From NCBI GenBank assembly GCA_017499595.2, contig CM039009.1, forward strand, positions 496,001 through 560,000: DNA of 64,000 nt, in the 5' to 3' direction. Source of the stretch: Psilocybe cubensis. Taxonomy: Eukaryota. This document shows, piece by piece, positions 14,064 through 26,395 of the stretch; position 1 is the stretch's first letter; the number at the start of each line of letters is the position of its first letter. Below the pieces are notes generated by a model. That model was not told where the DNA came from. It worked only from the letters and a program-made list of their open reading frames with translations, and did not search any database. Both the position numbers and the translations under genes were made by a program.

Positions 14064-14171
14064 GGGAAGAATGTTGCGCTATCTGGTCTTTCAGCCCAGT
14101 TGGTAACAACTACATTTTCACCTTTGCCCGTACCCTGGTAAAGGCAAGGGGGGGAAGAATGTTGCGCTATC
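14064..14171. repeat. Perfect 20-bp direct repeat GGGAAGAATGTTGCGCTATC (14064-14083 and 14152-14171) upstream of the DyP gene
   Basis: Read directly from the sequence; the copies start 88 bp apart. Confidence 0.85.
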
Positions 14172-15433
14172 CATGATATTGTGGGGTACGCAAGACGTCT
14201 GAGGACGGAATCGGTCAAGAGTCTCAAACAGACTGTCCAAGATAGACAGGCGATAAAGTGACATGGTCAGATGTCATGCAGGGAAAAAGGCTGACTTTTC
14301 GCCCTGTTCCTGTGGATAGAATATAACGAGAGCTTTGCGGACTCAAGGTCCAGAAGCCAAATACGCGCCCATTCAGAAGAAAATGCGGGCATGCTTGGCC
14401 AGTTTCATACACGAAGCTGCAGGAGGCCATCCCTTGATTTCTGTGATACATTGCGAATAATTGCTGTTACTGAAAATTGACGTCCAGTGTCCGCCCATCT
14501 CGTATGAATTCGCCAAGAAGCAGTCGACACCACTTGGCCTGCTTGGCCTATATAAAAATAGAACATGTTCCTCATTGTTTTGGGGAGCGACGACTGCTGA
14601 TCGAAGCTTATAGATACCCTGGATGTGTAAAAAACGGGGTATTGCCTTTGATGATGAATGCTCGTGTGTATGGCTTTGAATACATGCCTCTTGCTTCTGC
14701 TGGCTTTCTGATTTCGCCCTGGGTGAGGGAATCAAGATCAATGGAAATTTTTGGAAGTCAAGTTGATCAAAACACTGGACACTTGAGAATAATATCTCAG
14801 CAAGGCGGAGAGAAGGATGATGATGGCTGAACCAGTTAAAAGCAGAAAAGATAGGCGCTGACATGTACATTTATCGGACTTTGGGTGTCATTCGGAACTC
14901 CAATTAGTTTGTCGCCGATGTCGGCAAGCATTGTAAGTAGCCATGTTAGAGAAGCAACTTCGAAAAATGAAACTGCCAGTACATTGGAACATAAATTGTT
15001 TGGATTAACTCCTAAAGAAACAGAAACTCGACAAGGTCACTAATTGGGGTGCTCGAAGTGCGCACTGCGAGAAACAAAGTTCCAATGATTCACGAGAACA
15101 CACAAAGTTTGGAGGATAGCAAGAGAGGTACCTCGTTTACGCCTTAGAACACAGATTGCGCTCGAAACGTGGTGAGAGTGCAGATGAGAGTGCTGTGGCG
15201 AGTGTGCTCTCATTGAGACACTCTCATATGTGAAACCTCTGATATTGCCCATGCCGCTTAGGGCCAAGCTGAGGCAAATGGCGCACCCTTGAAGCGCTCA
15301 GGCTGAGGTTGCCAGATCGACTTGCTATCCACATTTCTTCGAAGTATTCACTTGGGCTGCTCATTGGATTACTGTATTTTTTTCATACTGAACACAAATA
15401 TTTTCGACCGTATGTTTGAAGTAACTTCTGAAT

Positions 15434-16188
15434 CTACTCGTCAACATCTTCAATCTCCTCGATATAGATAGTACGGTACATAAAATCACTCCTCAAAGTG
15501 TACTTGACTCCTTCACGCACTCCTTCTCCACTATGACCAAAACCTCTTTGCTGGAATATTAACACTCGACCCATCTTGGGCTCAATATCCACATATTTTC
15601 CTTTCGGCCCAAGTATACGCGTTGCCCCTCCCTGCACCCCTTCTTCTCCAAGATAAATTTGCAGCGTGACGCGAGCTTGACGCCCATCGGAAAGTTCTAT
15701 CTGACCATCCAGATGTGGCTTAAAGAAGTGCCCTTTTTCATATCTCAGAAAGCTGAGCCGTTCATTGACCCTTCAGATCATCATTAGATCCCACGCGCAA
15801 AACGCTATCCCTCATAGACCTACCCAACCAAGTTCCAAGTTCCTTCAACAGTTCCAGGCTTTCCAATGACTCCTTCCCATTCGTCGCCTGGTTCAATTTC
15901 GATAAGTTCGGGGATGTAAGGCAAAAGCCGCTGGAAAATCATGTCGGCCGTATTGTGGTCGAAGCGCAGAATACGCAAGCTGTTTCTGTAATCTGGCACC
16001 ACGTCGTTGTTTAACTCAGCTGCGGTCCATTCTTGATCCGACTCTGCGAGGGCGATCAGATCCTCACATTCCTTTCGTGTAAAGACATTATCGAGAACTT
16101 TGACATAAAACCCTTCGTACACTTTGGCTAGTGGTGTTTGGGAAAAGTCAAAAATTGGGGCAACGTCCCCTTTGCTGATTGTGGACAT
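15434..16188 (-). CDS. 2OG-Fe(II) oxygenase, prolyl-4-hydroxylase-like (2 exons)
   Basis: VLDNVFTRKECEDLIALAE, YRNSLR, RLSFLRYEKGHFFKPHLDG (HxD), TLQIYL, GGATRI, GRVLIFQQ...HSGEGVREGVKYTLRSDFMY (distal His). Confidence 0.88.
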
Positions 16189-16775
16189 TAAGCGCTGGTG
16201 GGGTGGTTGCTCAGGGGGTATTGTGCAAGTGATTATAGTTGTCAACTTAAATATCTAGGAATAAAAGGCTGTGCTAATATATCACGCTGGACAGTCGTGT
16301 CATAGCTTTGAGTATATTAATAGTGCTGCAGAGGTTTCCGAGTAGCGTAGACTACCGGCACAGAAATAATTGTTATGCTCACTGTCTCTCATCTTTCAAT
16401 GAAGTCTCCTCATTTTTCGAGGCTCCTACTCTTCTCTCCCTTTCCTTTTCTGTTGAAGTGTTTGGTACAACCACTCTGAGATTCCCTTTCCTGTATTTCA
16501 CATAGTTCCCGACCTCAATTATCTTCATCGCGCGCAATTCCAGCGTCTATCACGTGACTTTATGCGACAGTGTTGAGGTTCGGAGAATCCCGGAAGTTCA
16601 GCAACAACTTTTTCCTGAACTCGTGAAATGGCATGGCCAGCCTACCTTCGGTATTTTGGTTGTATATACTTGATTGGGACACTTTTTACAACTCTCCGTA
16701 TGGTAAACAGAACATACGAACCGTGTCATTACGTATGTCGCAAATTACAGGGATGATTGCTGATTCGTCCTACTG

Positions 16776-18230
16776 TTAGGCCCATTTCTTGACATCGTCA
16801 GCAGTCGGCCCAGTGGGCTCATCCGATGCAGCCAAGTTGCATTGATGAAATGCCCGCACCTGGTCTGGTTTGAAAGCTCCAACGACAGTGTGAAGTAGTC
16901 CTCGATTGTGGAACAGGACCATATCTTTCTCTTTCCTGAGGTTTAAAGATGAGTTGTATGCCATTTATTCTACAGGCTAATCTAACATACCAGTCATGAG
17001 GATATACGAACTGAAACCTTGTCAGAACCAGCATTCTAGTTTGTTTTCGAGAGCTCACCTCTGGACTTATTGCAGGTCTTTGCATACTATAAAGTAAGTC
17101 TCTGACTTCTTTGAGATCCGTGAGATGGGCCCCGTCCGGGTACAACGCTCCATCTCGTGGGTTTCCCTCAGGGATAGGGTCGATATGCAATTCCGCTACG
17201 CCACACGGATGTACTTGGAATGAGAGTTCTCCTGTGACAGGGTTCTTCCACACCTGTATCCACGGTAGGTTGAGAAAATATGCAAGATCAACATATTTCT
17301 GCACACACCACAGGGTAGACCTTTCGACGAGACTCTTCCCATGGAGGAAGGTCGTCAAAAGATGACTCGAGGCCGTCACTCTCTATCCCAAGCCCCGTCG
17401 ACTTGGCGCGAGCCGGGGCCATCCACACATAGGGGTGAGGAGCGTACTTGACCCGCGAACGAACAGCGACGCTCTTGAGTTCCTTTGGCAGGATGTCGAA
17501 CATCGTCCTGCCTGATACAAAAGCAGTTGTCCCAAGCGGCACCGGAAGCTCGTCTCCGGAACCGTCGTCATACCTCACAACCTGCTTCGGTCCCTGAGGC
17601 ACATTGAGAGCATATAAAGTTGTGACCTTTGGCGGCGAAAGGTTGTACAGTGCAGCGTCGATGTGCCATCGGTAGAATCGGGTGACGCCTTTGTCTTCGT
17701 CTTCCTGGCTCACGATGCTCTTGTGGAAAGTCTTGTGGTGGGGGTGCTTTAAACGGGCCTCAGCTAGCCCCTCGTGGTTGTAAACAGTGCCATTGCCGAT
17801 GAGCTGAACTTGTGGGACTCGAGGGATAGTCTTGAGATCGGGATGTAGGATTGACTTCTTGTCAGCCTCAGTCTGCTTATTTCCGTGTCCATAATTCTCG
17901 GAAGCAGGATCAAAAGCCTGATGAATCAATTTACGGAGGTATCGAACAGCAACGAGCTACAAACCTTTGTTAACGCATACTGCTGCTCTGGTGTCATGTC
18001 GACATTGCGAAAGAGAAGGGCGTCATACTGGTGTCAACCAGTGAGCACCCTGTCGTCGCCTTGTAAACGAAAGAAGGAACATATACCTTGTAGAGTGCAT
18101 CCTTGAGTTCTTCAAATTGCTCGGGAGTAAAGTTCGCCGGGTCGAGTCCTTTGACTTCCCTGCCAAACTTTGTGAACTTGGAAGGGTCTGCGGTCTCTGG
18201 CAGAGGGATCGGAAGTAGTTCAATAGCCAT
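16776..18230 (-). CDS. xanA: Alpha-ketoglutarate-dependent xanthine dioxygenase (XanA-like, TauD family)
   Basis: FGREVKGLDP, ALYKYDALLFRNV, YGHGN...SILHPDLKTIPRVPQVQLIGNG, LKHPHHKTFH, TRFYRWHIDAALY (HxD), VPLGTTAF, YAPHPY.WM, VYPHDW...DMVLFHNRGLLHTVVGAF. These match the fungal XanA signature as I recall it. Confidence 0.9.
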
Positions 18231-19124
18231 GTTGATTAGGATGATTAGACAAGATGCGATGCAAGTGCAACCTCCACATTATCTACGAGCGGGGTGTGTA
18301 TTTAAGCATTATGGTGATAACGTAACATTGCAGCAATGTATCATGCACATGCTTTCTGTATTTGAATGATAGTGAAATGGAAGCTTGCTTGTTGCCCTCA
18401 CCGACAATTTTATAGCCACAGCTACAAGCCGTCACAAAATTAGACGCTCGGTGGATGACAGGATACTTGTGCCATGTGTTTCTGTGTTTTCCGAACTGCT
18501 GGGATCAGCCCAAAATCAACCCAGGACTCAGGAGGGCTTTAAGCCACCGTTCGGACGAAGATTAGTATCTCAAAATAGCTCGACGCTCCACCCCACCTAC
18601 TCCCTGATATCAGGTTCTCAGAATGAATGCGGTCGAGAGGTTGATCTTTGAAAGCCTATAATGCATGGTCAGGCTCTGAGAGTGAGTTAAGCCAACGCAT
18701 TAATAGTTTTCAATGATCTAATCGCAGAGCAACCAGGCACTATTTTGAGCACATTATGTTCCAACGGATGAGGTATCTCCCCGAACTCTGCGAATGGATC
18801 TCTAGAGAGGAGTATACAGCAACACGAACCTGCCTCATTCGAGATATTGGGGGATATCAATAAAATACAGTACTTGTGCTCAGCCAGTAGCCAAGTCGAC
18901 ACGTATCACTGCCCATAGGAAGGACCAAAGCAGAATTCAGCACCTACAGGATCAACCCAGAATTATTCGGCGATTACTACACCGAATTGAGGGTGATGCG
19001 TTGTCCCTTACCATCCGAAAGATCCTGAGAATTCCGAATGTTATTTCGGTTCTCACAGATTCACGGCTCTTAAAATAGGTGTATCAGGGCTATCAGAACT
19101 TCAACGCCTTCCACTGTATCCACC

Positions 19125-21712
19125 ATGAGTGCTATCGAAGACAGTCAGCCTAGAGCCATTGCCTCTCCTGCACTCCAGGTGGACACCTCCTCTATCCCTC
19201 AAAAGCAGTCACTCGGCGAAAGGCTTATTGCTTCAAAACGAAAACTGACCACCAGAAACGGCTGGTTAGGGGATTACAACTACAGCTGGCTTTGTCTGCC
19301 CCCTGTGCCGTTTTCAAAGGCCTACAACGAACGTTCACCCCCATTTTATGGCCTCAATGATGACTTACCGGTTGTATTGGCGGCAGCTACTGGTCTACAG
19401 CATGCTTTGGCCATGCTTGCAGGTGTGTTGTGTGCACCAAGAATAACATGCTACGGTGACAAACATATTTTTCTTCAGGACTCATTACACCTCCCATTAT
19501 ATTTGCCAGTGCTTTGAATTTGGACTCTGTAACCTCCGCGTACATGATATCTGCATCCTTAATTGGATGTGGTAAGTGTAAAGAAGCCTTCGTATTTTGT
19601 GCTTCTAATGGCATATGTGCATTCAGGAATACTCAGCCTCGTGCAGATGTCTCGCATGAGGCTATTTGGTGGATATTATCTGGGGACTGGCCTCATCTCA
19701 GGTAACCATTAGATTGTTTTTTCATGGTTAGTTCAGCGCTAACCTTCCCGACAGTGGTTGGAACGAGTTTCAGTACATTATCAACAGCAAACGCAGTAAG
19801 TTAACTTTCTTAAAAAGAAGGAAGTTGCTTTTTGTTAACGTTGCTTCTCAGATATTCGACGCGATGTATGCCGATGGGACGTGTACTTCGACTACACTTG
19901 CGGATGGAACTATTCAGCGGAATGCCTGTCCAGAGGCCTATGGAAAGCTTCTAGGTGTGCTAGATGTATATCCAAAAACAAACTTTAATTACTGATGCTT
20001 GGCATAGGGACTTCTCTGATTTGTTCCTTTCTTGAGATGTTCCTGGCCTTCGTGCCTCCTCGTACCTTAAAAAGGATATTTCCTCCAATTATCACTGGTA
20101 TGTAAAGCTTCAATGCATCTCTGACTTCACTCTCTAAACAGCCCACATCAGGAACTGTGGTCCTTCTTATCGGAGCATCACTTGTGGGATCTTCAGGCGC
20201 CCTTTCGTGGGGTGGAGGCTCGAATGGTTGCCAGAATTTCCCAGCTTCAGGAATTTTTCAACTATGCCCAACAATCTTTGCTCCTCGTCCTTTACCATGG
20301 GGATCGCCGGAGTTCATTGGTCTAGGTTTCCTGTCCTTCATTAGCATTGTGCTGACGGAAATGTTTGGATCACCATTCATGAAAAACATTAGTATCATTG
20401 TCGGTCTTGCTGTTGGTTGCATTGTTGCCGGTGCTACAGGATACATTGACAGCTCCAGTATCAAAACGGCTCCAGCAATTACTTTCCTATGGTATGTCTC
20501 AAGTACCGACGTTTACCATTCTTGATCACTCAAAACGTTCCTTCTACACAGGGTACACACGTTCAAAATTAGTGTTTATCCACCAGCCATCCTTCCAAGT
20601 AAGTTGTCCTTTCAGGAAAGCTAAATTTCTACCATTAACTGTTATCTGCAGTGCTTGCAGTCTACAGTGAGTACTTTCTCCAGTGATGTATCCCAGATTT
20701 TTGAAAAATTTCAAGTTTCATTGGCAATGGAAGCAATGGGAGATATCACAGCTTCGGCGGAGGTATCCCGGGTTGACGTTCGAGGCGTAGAATTTGACTC
20801 TAGAATACAAGGCGGCATCTTGGTGAGAACTCTATTCTTGTCAATAGTTTTTCTCTCATCAGTTCTTCGTAGAGCGACGGTATCGGGGGTTTCTTCTCCG
20901 CCCTGTTTACAGTTGCGCCGCTGTCAGTCTTTGCACAGGTGCGCCATATGACCAGTTATGCTTCGTAAAGAGAAATTGACTCCACTGCACTTATATCGGT
21001 GCGCTACTTAGAATAATGGTGTTATCGCAATCACACGTTGTGCAAATATCACAGCCGGCCGGTGGTGTTGCTTCTTCCTGATTTTGTTTGGCATCCTGGG
21101 CAAAATTTCCGGGGTCTTTCTTGCTAGCAAGTATTCTATATGCTATTTGTCCATCAAAGTCGTTAACCACAATATTTCAGTCCCTAACTCTGTGTTGGGA
21201 GGAGTTACCACCTTTTTGTTCGCCTCTGTTGCTGTATGTTATCAAAATTATCTCTCTCGGAAACAATTCCGAGGCTAACGCTTTTTGGAAAAGGTCTCCG
21301 GTACCCGCGTTCTTGGATTTGCAAAGTACACCCGTCGAGACCGTTTCGTGCTTGCTGGGGCACTATCATTTGGCCTTGGAAATCTATTAGTGCCCCAACT
21401 GTTCACCCATCTTTTTGATCGAGTGAAAAATCAATCCAGTGGCTTGTCAGGCCTCTTGAGCGCCATTACCATTGTCTTAAGTACACCCTGTGCGTGTGCA
21501 TCTTCTTCTTATCATTTGTTTCCTTTGTCACGTACGTCGCTAATGTATCTTCTATTATTATAGTTCTTATGGCAGGGATTGTCGGGGTTATTTTGAACCT
21601 CTTACTACCACGAGACTTAAACGAATCTGAGCCTGTCTCTACATCTGATGATGGTGACTTAGAGGTGCAGAAGGAGGGGGCATCTACGTCTGGATCACTT
21701 TCGAAAAGTTGA
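19125..21712 (+). CDS. uapA: Xanthine/uric acid permease, NAT/NCS2 family (UapA/UapC-like), many introns
   Basis: GLQHALAMLAG (TM1 QH), GTGLISVVGTSF, IFPPIITGTVVLLIG, WGSPEFIGLGFL, AMEAMGDITASAEVS, and the NAT signature FAQNNGVIAITRCANITAG. Confidence 0.92.
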
Positions 21713-22369
21713 TTACCTTTTTTATGACCCGGTTACTCACTCCATATGTCTTGGAATTTATTTACGTCTTTCGGTTCTGTTATCTAATTCGAAGCCTTTA
21801 TAAGTCGTCTCGACCAGTTCTCTGGGTTTAGGGATATATATACTCCGTTATATAAGGCTCCGTGCTCTTTGTTTGTATGCAATCATATCTCATGTAGAAA
21901 ATACAAATTCTTAGGGCTTTGGGTACTGCTATCAATGTATCATGGCAAGCGTTATGTCCCAATGGCAGTGTTTTTCAACAGATCGCCAGGACAGTGTGAT
22001 AAGGTTCATTTAGCTCTACATGGCCGTGATGATCAAATGTAATATTAGGCAACGTTTCGGGTCCAGAAGTAGCTTTATAAGAGCTATACAGCATGTTGGT
22101 CACAAAGCTCCGGTCGCCTGAAATTTTCAAGGATTGCCTTCGTGAGAATATATCCCCTAGAGTCTTTCTACGTACTTCAAGCCGAGACGTCGGTTGATAG
22201 GCTGTTGCCCGGAACTTTCATCTGTGACAGATCTCCGCAGAAAGAGACGCTCTGTTATAAGGCTAACTACTTTTCTAGCGCCCCCACGACACCGTTTGAC
22301 TTTCTACAATCGTGTGCACACACAATCCGCCCTTTTAACCCCTTCGGATAGCTGTTCTTGGGCTCCCCA

Positions 22370-24117
22370 ATGGCAACGAACGCGACGACATGTCTACCAA
22401 CCATCCCTTCCGATATCGCATTCATGTGAGCAACATTAGTGAAAAATTAATCAAACAAAGTGCATGATAATATTGAGCGCTTGTAGTACAGGTCCCACGG
22501 TAAGTCCGAGTCGAAGTCCATCGATTACAGTGAATAGAGACTGAGAAACAGATTCAAGATGTTAGGCATATGCCTGAACTGGGGATTTCTGGGAATCTTG
22601 GTGGTTCAAATCTGTGCGGATAGAATCGATTAACCAAGAGGCACAACACTACTAATAGTGCATACATATTTCAGATTTCTACTCTGAGACATACTACAAG
22701 GATGGTTTGCATCTAAAGTGCTTGGGTAGGAGGCACAGTTGGTTCGAATTTATATCGCAAAATTGATCATGAATTTAGTGTACGGGCTAGCGATTCTCGA
22801 TGTTCTACAAACCTTCATGGTCACCGCCGATGCTTTCCACTGGTTTGTTTTCGGATTTGGAAATTTAAATCAACTCGACGACACCTTTCTCAACTCATGG
22901 GATGTGGTTCTTATCGACTCGGTGGTCGCGTTGATTGTTCAATGCTTCTATTGCTGGAGAATTTACTTGCTTCAAAAGTCGGTTCTACTACCGGCATTTA
23001 TATGCTTGGTGAGGTCTCAATAATTTCAATGTTGTACCCCATATCCTCACGATTTCAATTGATCAGGTATCTCTAACGCAATGTGGAGGAGGAATAGCAA
23101 CGGCGATAGTTGTATGTTGCATTAGGCTGGTAATTTGTCATGTTAACGTATTATTTCAGGCACACAAACTCGGGCATCTGTCCAAAATCAGTACAGAAGT
23201 TGCAGAGCAAACAGTAAGTGAACGTACAACCACCGACTGTACATCCTCTAAATTTTAGTAGATATGGTTGGTGTGTAGTGCTGTTGCCGACATACTTATC
23301 ACGGCATCTCTATGTTGGACGGTAAGGGGTATTTTTACACGTATCAATTATCCTGCAAAGTTATGACCCGTTCCTATTTTCAGCTCCTTCATGCACGGTC
23401 CCGAGTCCCATCAACGTCGCATGGAATGATAAAAAGGATTGTAACCTTGACTGTTGAGACAAATGCAATTACGAGTATGTTCATCTTTCTCTGATGTGCA
23501 ACAGTCCAGAGGGCGTGCGTTCTCATTTTCCATAGCGGCAACGGCGATTTTAGGGTTGATTCTCTTTCTCGGGGTTCCCGTACGTGGCATAACTATTTCA
23601 TCCTGAAACTTCCCTCTAAATCAGTTCAAAGAGCCACTCAACATTGGTTGTCCCCCCGTACGTGTTCAATTATTTATATACGTGGAAGAAGAGTGATTCT
23701 TACTCTGTTCGTTTACAGAACTGCTATTCTAAGCAAGCTGTAGGCCATTTTAACCAAGTTACATTTCAGAACATGCCTGTTCATATTTTCTCTAGGTATA
23801 CAAATTGTCTAATTGCTGTTCTGAATAATCGTCGGCAAACCTCTACTGGAACAGCACACAACTACCTATCTACTCACGACAGCACCAATGGAAGATCACA
23901 ATACACCGGGAGAACTGGTTTGCCTTCCAGAACTGCTATCGAACCCAACGAACCAGTAAAAGTTCAGATTGTTAGAAACGTAGATTTGGACGTAGATTCG
24001 GGTGTGGAGCTTGGTGATATGCGGAGAAAGGTGTGTTGTTTTCCAATTTGTTTCTGATATCATATCAATACTTAACCAAACTCTATAAAGAACCAGATTC
24101 ATCAGACCTGGGAATGA
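22370..24117 (+). CDS. Basidiomycete multi-pass membrane protein (DUF6534-like, GPCR-like topology), many short exons
   Basis: TGPTMLGICLNWGFLGILVVQ, LKCLVYGLAILDVLQT, ALIVQCFYCWRIY, IWLVCSAVADILIT, IKRIVTLTVETNAIT, AILSKLYTNCLIAVLNNR. Confidence 0.75.
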
Positions 24118-24468
24118 GAGTAGCAACTTTTTATTGAACTGCTGGAAATTTCTATGCAACTTGTACAGACAGTGTGCTGTTACCATTGTATTAAGTTATT
24201 TTTTTTTTTACAATTTAGCTTGCAATTAATCGTGTATAAAATTGAAGTCGTTAATTCTTCTCGGCGCCTAAAATAAGCGCAACGGCAAATGCCGACGGTA
24301 AAGACCGATTGCTTTGCTTTTCAATATTCATGGAAGTCTTTGGTAAGATTTGTTCCCCTAGGAAGGCCTGACATTGACATCTTGACTAAAGAGGACTTAT
24401 TCTTTTTGATTTATCGTTTTCAAGAGGGATAAAATTTGTTTGAGGCTATACAGTATGCAAAAATTTTT

Positions 24469-24540
24469 CTCTCTGTCTGGGAGTCGAACCCAGCTTTCGC
24501 GCGTGACAGGCGCGTGTACTAACCGATATACTAACAGAGA
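24469..24540 (-). tRNA. tRNA-Asp (GTC), intronless
   Basis: Reverse complement TCTCTGTTAGTATATCGGTTAGTACACGCGCCTGTCACGCGCGAAAGCTGGGTTCGACTCCCAGACAGAGAG. Acceptor stem TCTCTGT/ACAGAGA, anticodon stem CGCGC/GCGCG around CT-GTC-AC, GGTTCGACTCC B box, T5 terminator just downstream. Confidence 0.96.
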
Positions 24541-24772
24541 CATGTTGTATAGTCATTATATTTTACTATGACCCTCATGATGGTTAATTAATCACCGCAT
24601 TTATTGTTCAACTTGTGTCCACTGCAATTTAATAACCCTGTTGGCAGGTGGTAATATCTAGGCAAATGAAGAAGCATTGGCGTCTTCACAGAGATTCTTA
24701 TTCTTTTCTACTCAGGTGGGTTACAACAGATTTGCTATATCATCTTATACAGGAAAGCCAGCAAAAAATTCT

Positions 24773-25925
24773 CTACCATTTCTCATGTGCTGGACGCACT
24801 GATACGAACTATGTTAGACAAAGAATAGTATCGTATACAAGAAGACATAAACTTACAGTCAAGCTCCCATGTCCATGCAGAGCGATCTTGATTAACAAGG
24901 TAGAGATAAGACTGATGAAAAGGTTAGTAAGTTTGTTTTTTCTTTCCAGGGATAGGAGCGCACATTCGCTATGCTCTCTGGTCTTAAGCGGACATCTTCA
25001 TTTTCTTGCCATTCAGTGTCCCTCTTCTCTCTTTGACGATCAACGAGAATTACTGAAGAAAAGAGTGTTAGCAAAGTCTTTATTTTGTGAGACTTCCGTC
25101 ACTAACCTCCGTCAATAATCGACTGAAAAGAGAAAAAACATGAGCAAATAAATGAGTCGTACCGATTAAATCTCTTACATGAGCAACGTGGATATTTTCT
25201 TTCCCAAACTCCTTCGACAAGCTCTGTGAGAGTGCTCGGATACCGAATTTGCCAGCCGCAAATGCACTGGTGACGACATTGCCCCTAGTGCTAGCAGTTG
25301 CTCCTGTGAAAATCAAAGCCCCTTTCTTGCCGTTGGGCTGCTCAATATCGTTATCCTTGAAAGCTAAGATAGCCCCACGGGCAAAGGCGAACGCGGATAC
25401 AACATTTGTCTGCAACGATTCTTCAATCTCCTGAGGCGTGATATCCAGAAATTTCTTCCACACGCCAAATCCTGCGTTGAAAACAGCGACCCGGACGACG
25501 TATTCTGGCTTTGGGAACTTAGCGTGAACAGCAGTCCAAGCAGAAGTTACGTCATCGTTCGAATATGAGGTGATAGGGAAAGGTTCAGCCTAACCATGAA
25601 GTGTTGTTCAAACCTTGGTTCCACAGTTTATGAGTTTGTAACTTACATGCCCCCCTGAACCATTGATTTCTTGAGCAAGTTTGTTGACAGAGTCTGCACC
25701 TCTGGCGATGAGTGCAACACTGTATCCATTCTTCGCAAATAGTCGCCTGTAACGGTTGAGTGCTCAACGAGCCGGTATGATACCCGTACTCACGCCGTAG
25801 AGGCCCCTGTACCAGAACCATTGCCAAGTCCTGGATATTCTTTTTAACGGTGGTACTTCCAAGACAATTGCTACCCGAAACACACCTGCAACCACCAATA
25901 CGCGTTTAGGGGTTTGGGATGCCAT
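24773..25925 (-). CDS. Short-chain dehydrogenase/reductase (NAD(P)-binding Rossmann fold)
   Basis: VLVVAGLGNGSGTGASTARLFAKNGYSVALIARG, VAVFNAG, ALIFTGATASTRG, SAFAAGKFGIRALSQSLSKEFG, IHVAH, DRSAWTWELD, RPAHEKW*. Confidence 0.9.
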
Positions 25926-26395
25926 GTCTTGCTGGTTATTCGTGTTAGTTTTGAGAAGCTAGATGAACTGAAAATGGCGTGAGTTTTATACTTGACAGGC
26001 CTTTACTCAGCAAGCCAATGTCGTGATCAAAATTACTTGTTGCGCAACTTGCGCGTCTTGCTAATATATTCTCTCAAATAAATCAGCCCGAACATGTTGA
26101 CAAAGACTGGAAGTCGCAAGTTTTATACTGACAGCCGGAGTTATAAGATTACGTTCTTCAGTGCGTTCGTAATCAGGATGCGTCCCTCAAGATAAACTTC
26201 TTAACGAGTGTAGCAAGTTGTTCTCGAACCTGTTTGAAACAGTTGTTCGAAATGCTTCCTGAATGAAACGAAGGAGAACGAAGGTTAGGATCTGGGTAGA
26301 AGTGTACCGAAGTGATGCCATGAGATTTAGGGCAGGTCGTGCCACCGATTATGCGTTCAGTTATTTCACCGTTCAACCTTTTACTTGCTCTAAGG

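Noticed and set aside
14224-15267. ORFs of 75-165 aa between DyP and the 2OG oxygenase
   Set aside because: Overlapping on both strands with no motifs; treated as intergenic.
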